DNA of 64,000 bases from the human T2T-CHM13v2.0 reference genome, Homo sapiens: NCBI RefSeq assembly GCF_009914755.1, contig NC_060934.1; one strand, written 5' to 3'. Within the stretch, counting starts at the first letter, position 1; each line of letters opens with the position of its first letter. Below are positions 11,935-24,820 of the stretch, in pieces. The position numbers and the translations under genes were made by a program. The notes under the pieces are model-generated. The model was not told the DNA's origin. It searched no databases and worked only from the letters and a program-made list of their open reading frames with translations.

Positions 11935-12650
11935 GTAGGATGCGACCTGATTACAGAGCTTTTTCAGTTGGGAAGCTGCTTCAACTGTGCAACTACAGAA
12001 AAGTATGTCATTCTTTATTCTGCTAGATATTTTTGTTCTTGGATACCATTCTGAAAATTACACTTTCTCAATTATTTTGTTTATTTTTATCCATTTTACT
12101 AGTAATCTCTATTTTTACACCTGACCTATGGCCTACTGAAATACTGCATTTTATTCTTCTTATAAATGCCTTGCTTCTGATATCCAAGCTACTCAACTCA
12201 TTAACACCCACATTCTTACATCACAATCAGATTGAAGGTTTGACTCTGCAAACAATGGGAGTAAGAATGAATATAAGAAGAAATTACGAGCAGTGATACG
12301 CCACTACCGCCACTACCGATTCTGAGCAATTATTAACATGAATTACATGAATATCAACATATTGTGTGCTTTTTAGCTAAACTAAAAAAAAAAGTTTTCA
12401 TGTTAAATTTATATGAATTCCTATTGCATAAAATTTAGAAATCTTGGTCCACATTCCTAAAGCAGCACAATGGAAATAAGGCAGACGTTGACACTAGTAG
12501 ATCTGAATTAATATTTTATTTAACAGAAATCTTTACCCTTCAGGATGCTGCACTACAAAAAGATAGAAATATTGAGCCTGAAAAAAAATTCAAAAATTTA
12601 AAAATATTTTTTCCAAGGAGGAAATATATCATCTTTTGTTGTTGCCCAAT

Positions 12651-12652
<2 letters not shown>

Positions 12653-12688
<36 letters not shown>
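12653..12688. repeat. (AC)18 microsatellite
   Basis: Direct reading. Confidence 0.98.
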
Positions 12689-12690
<2 letters not shown>

Positions 12691-12826
12691 AATATTTCAT
12701 CTTTTTTATTGCCCAATTAACATATACGTATATATATAATAATATGTAATTCACAAAATTCAGGTATACATTTTTAAATTTGAAGTTATTCATCCTCCCA
12801 GAATCACTTCCTCAAGATGTATCCTA

Positions 12827-13222
<396 letters not shown>

Positions 13223-13631
13223 TTCACATACTACTCTGTAATTTGTTTCTATTTAACAATAACTTTTCTCTGTAATATGTAAAAATCAACTTTATTTTTA
13301 ATTATTAAAATTATTTTATTAATATAGTATAATTTACATATTTAGGGTCTATAAATGTACATTTTTTTCAATTTTAACTTTAGTTCCAATGCTTTAATGA
13401 ATGTGCTACTACGTAAACATTTGCACATTTGCACACATGCCCTAGAAGTGGAATTCTTACATCAAAGAAATGAAGATCTAAAACATTGATAAACACTGTC
13501 GAATTTCATTAAAAATATTATTTATTTTACAGTCCCTCAGAGAATAAAATGTCACTTTTCCAAAATTTTTGCCAGCACACACTATCACTCCTTTAGATCT
13601 TTGAAAATATGATAGCCAAATACATATGTAT

Positions 13632-14005
13632 TGTATTAGTCAATTCTAATACTGCTGTAACAAAATACTCAAGACTGGGTAATATATAAAGGAAGGAGGT
13701 TTAATTGACTAACAGTTCTACTTGGCTGGGGAGGCCTCAGGAAACTTACAATCATGGCAGAAGGCCAAGAAGAAGCAAGGACCTTCTTCACATCATGGCA
13801 AGAGAGAGAAGAGCCAGCAAAGGAGGAACTTGTCAAACAGTTATAAAACCTTCAGATCTTGTGAGAACTCACTCACTATCATGAGAACAGGATGGGAGAA
13901 ACTGCCCCCATTATCCAATTACCTTCCACCAGGTTCATCCCTCAACACCTGGGGATTACAATTCAAGATGAGGTTTGGGAGGGGACACAGAGCATAACCA
14001 TGTCA
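13632..14005 (-). mobile_element. THE1D-like MaLR solo LTR, full length
   Basis: TGTATTAGTC...AACCATGTCA termini and a 5-bp TSD TGTAT (13627-13631, 14006-14010). Confidence 0.93.
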
Positions 14006-15674
14006 TGTATATATACAGTTTCATATTTATAGTTGAGTAATAAATATTATATCTAAAAAGGAGAGAGCATATATCTTGCTGGTATTACAAATTAAAAAAT
14101 AAAATATTTACAGAATATAGGTGAGAAGACATGATCAAATGTGATGACACCTATCTTCCTTAAAATTTTGGGTGTATACCATTCTCTTTCCTGAATTTAA
14201 CAATGGCTTGTGGATGCATAGTGTATGCTGTAGTACAGAGAAGAGAATAAAATAAAATAAAACTATATTTTTATTGATAACCTCTATAAACAAAGCCATT
14301 AGAGGCTTTCCAAGATGAATGTCCCTCACAGAATTATACTCCACTCAGAATAAATTTGTGATAAGTACTCATTACATTTTAAACATTAAACCACTACATT
14401 GGAAAACTTGTTGACAAACTGTTTAATTTTCACCAAGTGACCTAAACTCTCTGGAAAGTGAATTCTCTCAACTGTAAAAGAAGGGTATTGAATAGATGAC
14501 AAAAAATTCCTTCTAGCAGAAAAATTATATTATCTAAAGTGTACTTTTCCTGCAGTATATCCAAAAAATGTTAGCATAATATTTCTAGATTTAGCAACTA
14601 TGTAAGAACACTAATATAAAATATTAATAGATGATATTAAGAATACAAAGTCACGTGATTTATAGTATGGCCATTAAAGTCCCACAGTCTCTACTGAGAG
14701 TCATTTTTAAGTTTTTCTTTGCTTTTACAAAGTATAGATGTATTAATTTTGCAATCATGTATTAATTTCTGCAAAACTACTACTGAACAAAAGATTGAAT
14801 AATTTAACATCTTATACCACAGTGAAAATGAATAAACTATGAATATGTGCATCTTAGATGAGTAAGAAAAATAATTGTAGATAAATATAAAATTCCCAGA
14901 TGGCTAAGTAATATACAGTATATTTTGTAAAGCTAAAAACTTAAACAATATAATATAAATAATTATTTGTAATATGGTTAGAAAAGTAACCAGAAAATTT
15001 TAATTATAAAACTCTAGAAATTCCTACTTATTTATGTGAAACAAAGGAATGAAATAAATGAGAAGCAAAGATAGATGCAATACTATTAATGAAAATTCAT
15101 TCTTCAGTAAAAACTTTTTTCTATGGAGATTTATTGTTATATTTTAAAAGATAAAGCTATGTTTAGAGTCTTTTGGAGATATCAACAATTTTCTGTTAAA
15201 AAGGAAATAATTGGAAACAAACAACACTAAGAAACACATAAAAATACCATTTTCACTATATATTTTTCTAATTTTAAATAATTCTGCCAAGATATATGTA
15301 AGATCAATGTGAAAAAATACATAAAGGTAAGAAATGTATATTTATTGATATACTTTAAAAAGGAAATAATGACTATGCTTTATATTTTAAGAGTATATTA
15401 TTGCAGACATGCCAATTATACCCTATGTGTTGTAAAGATTAAGTCAAATTCTAAAATCGGGTTTATTTTTTGTAAACAAAAGACAATCTCATTCTAACAT
15501 TTACATGGAAGAATAAACGAGGCAAGTAATATACAAGAACATCCTACACAAAAAATAGAGGCACATGCTCTGCTAGATAAATTATATTATTATTCAATTA
15601 TATATATACACATAACTTATTATTCACTTATAATAAAACTGTAATACTTATTTTGTATATAAAATGTCAAATAC

Positions 15675-16023
15675 TGCTATGATTTAAATGCTTTTTATCT
15701 CTTAAACTCATGTTGAAATGTAATAAGGCCTTTAACAGGTGATTAGGCCATGAAGACTCTGCCCTCATGAACAGACTAATGCCTTTATCATGGGAGTGGG
15801 TCCATTATTAAAGAACAAGTTTGGCCCTCTTTTGCTCTCTCTACCCGATTCTTTCCCTTTCATCTTCCTCCATGATATGATGCAGCAAGATGGCCCTCAC
15901 CAGATGCCAATCCCTCAGTCCTGGACTTCTCAGATAGCAGAACTATGATAAATAAATTTCTACTGTTTATAAACTACCCAGTCTTGGGTATTCTTTTATA
16001 GCAGCACAAAACAGACTAAGACA
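15675..16023 (+). mobile_element. MSTD-like MaLR solo LTR
   Basis: tgctatgatttaaatg...gatgcagcaagatggccctcaccagatgcc...aataaatttc...cagactaagaca. Confidence 0.85.
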
Positions 16024-16319
16024 TACATACACGTGCAAACACACACACAAACATAAACATACACACACAATTATACAATTCTGTTGCTCACTAAGTCATG
16101 AACAACACATTTTATTAATCATGTAGACAAATATAATACAAAGTGAAAATCTAACATAAGCATATAATTAGCTATATAACAAAGCTATGTTTTTAAGAGT
16201 ATTAATGGCAGAGCAGTTAGGAAACAAGAGGCCATTCAAAAAGCACATACTGGAGAAACCATTGACTATAAAATAGAAGTAAATAAAATCAAATCTCTAT
16301 TTTACGCACTACTCAGATA

Positions 16320-17540
16320 CCAATTCTGAAATGACAGATAGGTTGGAATTATCAAAGACATCAAAACAGCTATTAAAACCAAGTTCCATGAAGTAACAGC
16401 AAACATTCTTGAATTAACTGGGAAGCTAAAAGTTAGTCAAAAAACAGAAGCTAGGAAAAAAAAGCTAAATGCTTTAAAACTGAAAATAACCCAGAAACAA
16501 AACAAACAAAACTAGTCACTGATTGGGCTCAATAGCAGAATAGAGTCAACAGAGAAAAGAATCGGTAATGTTAAAATCTGTAGAAATTGTTTAACCTGAG
16601 AAATAATCAGCAAAGACTATGAAATAAATAGAACTTCTAAGGTTTTGACACAATGTTATTATTAGATTCCTTGAAAAACGAAGGCAAAAGTATTAATACG
16701 CAAACAGTATTTAAATAATGACTGAAAACCTCCCAAATTTGGTGAAAAACATATATTTTAAAATGAAAAACTTTAGCAAACTTCAAACAGGATAGACTCA
16801 AAGAGAACCATAGAAAAGTGCATCATAATCAAATCACAGAACACCAAAAATAAAGACAAATACCTTGAAAACTAAAAGACAAAAGCACATTACATATAGG
16901 TAAACAACTATTCAAAAATCATGAGGATTCTCATCAGAAACCATGGAGGCCAACAGGCAGTTGAAATATATTTCAAAGGACTGAAAGAAAAGGACTGTCA
17001 AGACAGAATTCCATATCTAGTAAAAATATCCTTCAGAAGTAAATGAAAAAGTGCATTCTCATATGAAAAAAAGAGTAAGAAAGTTGCCAGTATAACTGCT
17101 CTGAAATAAATGTAAAGGCAGATCTTCAGCTAGAAGGGAAATATAACAGAGACAAATGTGAGCCCCCCAAAATAAAGAAAAAGCAACAGAAATTGTACAT
17201 TTCTGGGTTAATTTAATATGCTTATTTTCTCTTGTTAAATTCTGGCTTAATATAATATGCTTATTTTCTCTTGTTAAAATGTGCTTATTTTCTCTTGTTA
17301 AAATCTTGTTAAATTACAGTAATACTGACTGTAAATAAACTTTGAAAAGTTATATATGCATATTATAAACACAGTGTAACCACAATTTACAAAGAAATGC
17401 AGATTTACCACATCCAATAGATAAAATGAAATACTAAAAAAGTAATCCAATAATAAAACAGAAGGCAGAAAAGATAATTCAGAGAAATAAAAATAGAGAA
17501 GGGGGGAGACACAAAACAGACCATAAAATTGTAGACCCAG
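16320..17540 (+). mobile_element. Ancient L1M ORF1-region fragment
   Basis: gggctcaatagcagaatagag, ctgaaaacctcccaaatttggtgaaa, ttctcatcagaaaccatggaggcc and aaaatatccttcag are typical of old L1 ORF1. Confidence 0.75.
17215..17313. repeat. Three copies of TGCTTATTTTCTCTTGTTAAA plus a partial fourth
   Basis: Direct reading; the spacers are irregular. Confidence 0.9.
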
Positions 17541-17954
17541 AGAAGAGTATCTTTGTTCATTTCGTGTTTGTTTGTTTGTTTTGTTTTTCATTTTCTAAGC
17601 CAGTTTGCACTCACATCTGCCAATAAAACTTAATCATTTTCAGTTTCTGGGACCTGGCCAAAACAGTTCAGAAGCACTCAATCAGCCTGAGTTTATGACA
17701 GCACTTGAGTAGAGCTGGGTTAAATTTGTACTGTAATCCTCCAACTCCATGAAATGTATCAAAAGTGAGTTACAACATGTTTGTTTAGGGTTGAGTCAGG
17801 CTTACTTTTTTCTGGAAAGTCATTCTGTTTCACAGCCTACACTGAAATCCCTCCATTTATACACCAATGCAAATCACAAAGTGTGTATCATTGAATATAA
17901 TTTACAATAGTACTCAGATTTGCAAACTTTTTCTCGTAGTCGTTCACCACAGTC

Positions 17955-18185
17955 CATGGCATTATAGGTTAAGAGAGGATATGGGTCAGACTGCCTGGGA
18001 ATATACTAATTATGTGACCTGAGGCAAATAGTTAAATTCTCAAAGCTTCAATTCTCTCATTTCCAAAGTGGAGCAAGGAATAACTTCTATCTGATTTCTT
18101 GATAAAAGGATGACATAGATAATACATTTAAAATGATCAGCAGACTGACTGGAACATAGTGAGTGTTCAGTAAATGTTATTCATA
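17955..18185 (+). mobile_element. MIR SINE
   Basis: gtcagactgcctggg...tgtgacctgaggcaaat...ctcatttccaaagtgg...ggaacatagtgagtgttcagtaaatg. Confidence 0.75.
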
Positions 18186-18404
18186 AGTTTTATGACAAAG
18201 AAACTCAGGAGGAGTGAGTCTAAGACACACACCTAGACAAAAATGGAATTGTTTCTAACTCAGATCTTCTTAGGTTTAATCATAGTTATTATATCTTTTT
18301 CTGCTTAATCCTCATACTTAGTCATTATTTGTGCTCTCACAATTTTCAGGTACTGAATAATCACATAGTTTAGACCACCAACTGCAAAACTGTATTGATG
18401 GTGC

Positions 18405-18645
18405 CAAAAATCTCAGCTCCACACATATCAGTTGTGCACTGTTGGGTAGATTACTTAAAGTCATGCTTCCTAGGTTGCTTTGTCTAAAAAATGTAGATCA
18501 TGTTAACTATGCTTTTATGGGAATTGAGTGTGTGTGTGTGTGTGTGTGTGTGTGCATGTGGGGATGCGTGTGTGTGCATATAGTTTAGAATAGTACCTAG
18601 CACTTTGAATAATTTAAAAAATGGGAACTATTTTATTATTATTAT
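18405..18645 (+). mobile_element. MIR SINE interrupted by (TG)n microsatellite (~18528-18576)
   Basis: aatctcagctccac...ttgggtagattacttaa, then the TG run, then tagaatagtacctagcac and an ATT-rich tail. Confidence 0.6.
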
Positions 18646-21600
18646 TTATCTTTTATTTTAGATTTGTGGCCAGTGTTTGCAACTATGTAACATATTCACT
18701 GAAAGCAGAAATTATATCTTATACTTTTCATTACTCCCTCGTTACCTTAATACTGGTGATTACAAATCATTTAATCACTAAATATTTATTGATCTGCATC
18801 AAGAACTTGATTCACTGGTTACTGAATAGTTCATTACACATAAGGACAATAGATCTCGAAATATTTATTTTTACTTCTTAACCCTAAGGAAATCATAGGA
18901 TGGTCTTAAAATCATTTCCTAGATCTATATCTGTGTCATATTCGCCCTTAAATCAATATTCTACTTCTTTGAATTCCAACATTAAAACTTTGTCCCAGTG
19001 CTGTTTCACAATTCACTTTTCAGTCTTCTTCAGACTCTCATTCCCTGAAATTACATTACCTCAATTCTGTAAAATTAAGTAATACATCCCTCTAAAATTT
19101 TATAGTTTGTTATTAACAGTGAGGAAAGCTTAGGAATAAAAGAAATGCCTTTCTTGAGAATTTAGAGAATAGAGAATAGTAAGTTTAAATAAATAAATGT
19201 CCTTCTAATTTCACATACATATATACATATACACACATGCACACACATACACACAGGAAATATTTTTCTATAAAAAATTAAACTATAGTCAATTTTTTTT
19301 TGCAAGAAACAGCTCCTTTGAGAGCTGTTAGTAGTGAAGCTGGTAAAGTGGAAAAACTAAATTTATATCTCACAACAGAGATTGGATGTTGTTAAAGCCC
19401 AGAATGAATTATTTGCTCCTGGCAGCTATTTCTTACAGGTGGAATCAGAGCTTCTCAAAGCTTAACAAGAAACCTTCCAAAAGTAGTGAACTTGGGCAAG
19501 TTCATATGCTACGACTCCAGAGGAAAACATAGAGAAATATTGAAAGGAAAGCCTTAAGCTGTAAAATCACCTGCCAGAGCAAAAATCCTGTTCTATCATT
19601 GCAGATAGAAAAGCAAAGCAAGCTCATTTTTCCTCCAGTTTATGATTGCATCCACTTGGAGAAAGCAAGGGAATATAGGGGCTTAGAGAATTAGAGTATG
19701 GGTCTTATTAAAATAACATTTAGGTGGAAGAAAATGTCTTTACCTTGAAAAATGCAGTGATCACAACCTAAGAAAACATTAAGTATCTATTTTCCTTGGG
19801 GGAAGAGAACCATGTGCTTATAAAAAGGTGGCTTGACACTTGAGAGGAAAAAAATAAAGACTAACAACCTAGGCAACAATTCTGTCAAACACTTATAAGA
19901 GAAATATGTCTAATTTTTGCTGTAACTCTCAAAGACACACAAATTACTTTTACATGCTCTGTGACAATAATTAAAGCCAAAACATCTAAATAAGGAGGGA
20001 TAGGTTAGTCAATAAATAGCAAACCAAATCTTAATATAAGGCAAACAGTGAAGAACATATGTAGGGAAACACAAGTCTGTAAAGTTAGGGACTTTAGTTT
20101 TTCCACATAAGTTTTCTGACACTGTCCAGTGCTATAGAATTAGATCATACATATATATATAGTCTTTTTCTCAAAAATAATGGAGACAATTATCTTTCTT
20201 CTCACCTTGCCCTAACTGGACAGCACTATTTCCCCTTTCTGTAAATCTATCACTAGCATTATGAGCTATTACTTTATCTTTCTGAAACATGGCATATGCA
20301 ATCTAAAAATCTCACAGAAAGGTCAGTGAAATGGAAAAAAAATGTGTTTTGTTAAAAATCCCTTGGACTAGCATCTTAAGTTAAAAATAAGGATTTTTGT
20401 TGTTTCTGTTCCTCATAGAAGTACATCTCAACATATCCCCAATTCATGCTTCCAGAAATATCATAGGCTGCAATATGAACTGTCAGTGAAGTTGTTTGCT
20501 TTTTTCTTTCAATTTTTCTCATTCCTTTTGACAGCTCACAAAGCTTTGCTATAGGTTGTCCTTTTATAAATTTTGCACCTGCATGGACAACTTCTTCTTT
20601 TTTATCATAACCACTGTTTGTCAGCAATCAGAACTGCATAAACATGGTATTACTTTAGATGACTCTTGATGTGTCTGACAAGAACCAAACTACTTATTCT
20701 CTTATATTTTATCTCCTGTTCTGGAGGAATAAAAGAAAGTTTTCGCTCTCAATCAGTGTCAGTTTCTGCACTACATATTCACTGAATTTATTCTTTTTCC
20801 AGTATAACTTTTCCAAATTAAAACAAAAATTTTATTTCACTCTATCTGCACTAGGCATAATATTATTTAATAAGTCTTCAATAATTTTCAGGCTTTAGTC
20901 TGATAACATGATACCTAAGTATGCTGGTCCTTTAAGGGATTCTAATTATTTACCATAATATATGCTTTAAAGCATGTCATCTCTTAAGAATTATTGAAAG
21001 ATGTTTCCTAAAGAAAGCAGAAATGAGATAAAATAAAATGAGAAAATTATTACATGACCTTTATTTCTTGGCCAATTCATTCAATAAATATGTACTTATT
21101 GAGTCAATTATAACATATAGTATGTTAAAAATTTGCCATATAAATGTGAAGAACTTATAATAAAAACATCAATTAGCTGATGTTTTTATGGGGAGTAAGA
21201 CATAAGAGGAAATATTTTCTAAGTAGAGGATGGAATGGGAACGGTAGCTATGAATGAAACTCCTTGTGAGTATTGGGTCTAGGAACACTTTCAGAAGGTA
21301 AATAAAATGTTCACACAACAATAGAACAGCAAAACATCTCACACTCCACATCTCTGCAGTGGCTGTGAGAATGGCAGCCCCGGTTCTTGGTGTGGCTTGC
21401 CACTGCTGCAGGGGGCAATACAGACCTTGGTCTCAAGGAACTTTGGTTGTGTTTTGACCTGTCTGGTAGCTCTTTGAGGAATCAGCTCAGGGACTTGCGT
21501 TTGTTGTTACAATCTGATTCTAAAGTTTACACGGAAAAGTAAAAGACTCGACGAGCCAACACAATACTGATGAGCAAGAACAAGGATGGAGGACTCATCT

Positions 21601-22155
21601 GATTTAAGGACTTACCATGAAGCCCAGACATGACCCACACAATATATAAAGAATACCTGACAATGAAGCAAAGGCAATTCAATAAAAATGAGTCTTTCGA
21701 ACAATTGGTGCTAGAACAATTGAACCTCTGTCTGCAGAAAAATAAACCTAGACACAAGCCTTACACGTTTTGCAAAAATTAACTCAAAATGTATTGTAGA
21801 TCCAAATGTTAAGATGCAAAGCTATAACTTGTAAAAGAAAACATGGGAGAAAATTTATGTATCTGTGAGTTTAATTATATAGCACCAAAAGTGTGATTCA
21901 TGAAAGAAAAAAATAGGAAGTAGACTTTATAAAATTTTTTAAAATTATACTTTGAAAATACACTGTTAAGAGATTGAAAGACAAGCCACAGACTGAGAAA
22001 AAAGTGTTTTCTATACTTACATCTGGTAAAAGACTTGAATACAAAATATACACCTATTGAAACACACAATAAGAAAAAATGTTAATGGGCAAGAGATCTG
22101 ACCTCAGCAATGAAGATTTTTGTATTGCAAATAGGGATATAAAAAATTAAGCTCA

Positions 22156-22483
<328 letters not shown>

Positions 22484-22716
22484 CTATAATTAAGGAATCT
22501 CAAGTCAAAACAATAAGCTACCACTATGCCTATTAGAATGAACATTTTAAAATTGACAATACCAATTACTAGCAAGAATGTGGACCAAAAGAAATTTCAA
22601 TTAATTGCTGATGGCAATGCAAAATGGTACAGCCATTTTTGAAAACCATTTGTTAATGTCTTACAAAGCTAGACATAGTCTTCTCAGATAATCCAGCAAT
22701 CACGCTCCATGATTTT

Positions 22717-23075
22717 TTTAAATTTTACTTTAAATTCTGAGATACATGTGCTGAATGCACAGATTTGTTACAAAGGTATACATGTGCCACGTTGGTTTGC
22801 TGCACCTATCAACCCATCATCCAGGTTTTAAGCCCTGCATGCATTAGATATTTGTCCTAATGCTCTCCTTCTCCTTTCCCCCGGCCCCCGACAGCCCCAG
22901 TGTGTGATGTTCCCCTCCCTGTGTCCATGTGTTCTCATAGTTCAACTCCCACTTGTGAGTGAGAACCTGTGGTGTTTGGTTTTCTGTTCCTGTGCTCGTT
23001 TGCTGAGGATGATGGTTTCCAGCTTCATCCATGTCCCTGCAAAGGACATGAACTCATTCTTTTTTATGGCTGCAT
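22717..23075 (-). mobile_element. L1PA8-like 3' fragment (~360 bp)
   Basis: L1 3'UTR with aggttttaagccctgcatgcattag. 13-bp TSD GCTCCATGATTTT (22704-22716, 23076-23088). Confidence 0.92.
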
Positions 23076-24600
23076 GCTCCATGATTTTCACCAACTGATT
23101 TGAAAACTTACATTTACAACAAAAGCTGCATGTAAATACTTATAGCAGCTTTACTCATACGGGCAAATGAGGAAGCTAACAAGATTTCCTTCAATAAGTG
23201 AATGAATAAAAAAATTTATGATGCATCTGTAGAGCTGATATTATTAAGTGATAAAATGAAGTGAAATATGAATCCATAAAAGACATTTTTGAATTTTAAA
23301 TGCATATTTCTATATGAAAAAGTCAGTGTGAAAGGGCTACATATTGGATAATTACAATGGTTTAACTTACTGGAGAAGGCAAAACTGTAACAATGGACAA
23401 AAGGTGAGTGGATGCCAGGGTTTGTAATTTTTCTGTGAATCTCTAGCTATTCTAAAATAAAAATGTTATTTAAAAAATTAGAAGTTTTATATTATATCAA
23501 GAATTTTCTGTTAGGAATGGAAAAAAGTGCCCATGGTAATCAAGCCTGCCATTTTGTTTGAAGTTCATGGTTTCAATTCTTATCATTCAAGTGTTCAGCT
23601 TTTGGATTAAAAGACTCCTCAACTGTCCCAAGTAAAAATGTGGACATGGTTGATGGAAGTAAGATGTTAATAAAGTAGTCATTATTACCTTAGCCTTTAA
23701 GTCCACTTGAATAAATCAACTGAAAACTAGCTAAATTTTGGAAAGGGGAGATGAAAACTGACAGTAAAATATTCTGAGCAAACATATTATTGTAAGAAGA
23801 AAGGAATGCATATTGATTTAGATAAGGGAGTGTTATTTCAGAGAAAATGAGAGATATTAATATTTTCTTTTAACAGTGGGACTTCTGCAGGAAGAAAATA
23901 TTTTTATAGTTTGACTCAGTAAAAAGAAGGTATAAAAAAAGAGGTACAGAATTGGCAAACTGGCATGCGTTCACAAATGATGAACCTTTCCTTGCATCTC
24001 ATTTTACCTGGAGGTAGTTCTGATGGGATGTTAGATATATAAATGAGGTAATTCATATTATTAGAGATAAAATAATGGGAATATATAATGAAATGCACCT
24101 TTACATATATACTTTTATTCATTACAATTTTATTTTTTAAATAACCTTTGGAAGGGGTAAGAAATACAGGTAAAGATTAGTATTTATTGATATTTTAAGT
24201 ATTTGTCTGAGTTATTCAAATTAGCATTAAAAGGAGAAAATGTTACATTGGTTATTGGAAGATAAAACCAAATTAAATTATATACTTGTGGCCTCAAGAT
24301 TGAAATTAGCTAAACACATATTAGAACAAGGGTTCTTTTGGATAAAATGTCCTTTGCCCATATAAATGATAATAGAATAAAATAAGTATCAGGGCAATTA
24401 ACAAAACAGTCATAATTATTGACTGATCATATGTAAAATAAAAATGTCATCTTTTATCAAAAGTTTAGACAGGATTTTGGGAGGAAATTGTGAGAAACAA
24501 AAAATGTAATCCCAATAGGATGAACACAGCTTGTAAATAAAATATTGCTTTGAGTTTGTTTTCTTAAGATATTTTTGGATGTAATAAATAATAATAATAA

Positions 24601-24820
24601 ACAGTGAGAACACTTGGACACAGGAAGGGGAAGATCACACACCGGGGCCTGTTGTGGGGTAGGGAGAGGAGGGAGGGATAGCATTAGGAGATATACCTAA
24701 TGTAAATGATGAGTTAATGGGTGCAGCACACCAACATGGCACATGTATACACATATAACAAACCTGCATGTTGTGCACATGTACCCTAGAACTGAAAGTA
24801 TAATAAAAAATTATATATAA
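24601..24820 (+). mobile_element. L1PA4/PA5-like 3' fragment (~220 bp)
   Basis: gagaacacttggacacagg...gggatagcattaggagatatacctaatg...aaagtataataaaaaa. 23-bp TSD AAGATATTTTTGGATGTAATAAA. Confidence 0.93.

Noticed and set aside
17215-17313. 21-bp repeats with spacers as a CRISPR-like array
   Set aside because: Only three copies, with very short unequal spacers, inside an L1 relic and with no cas genes.
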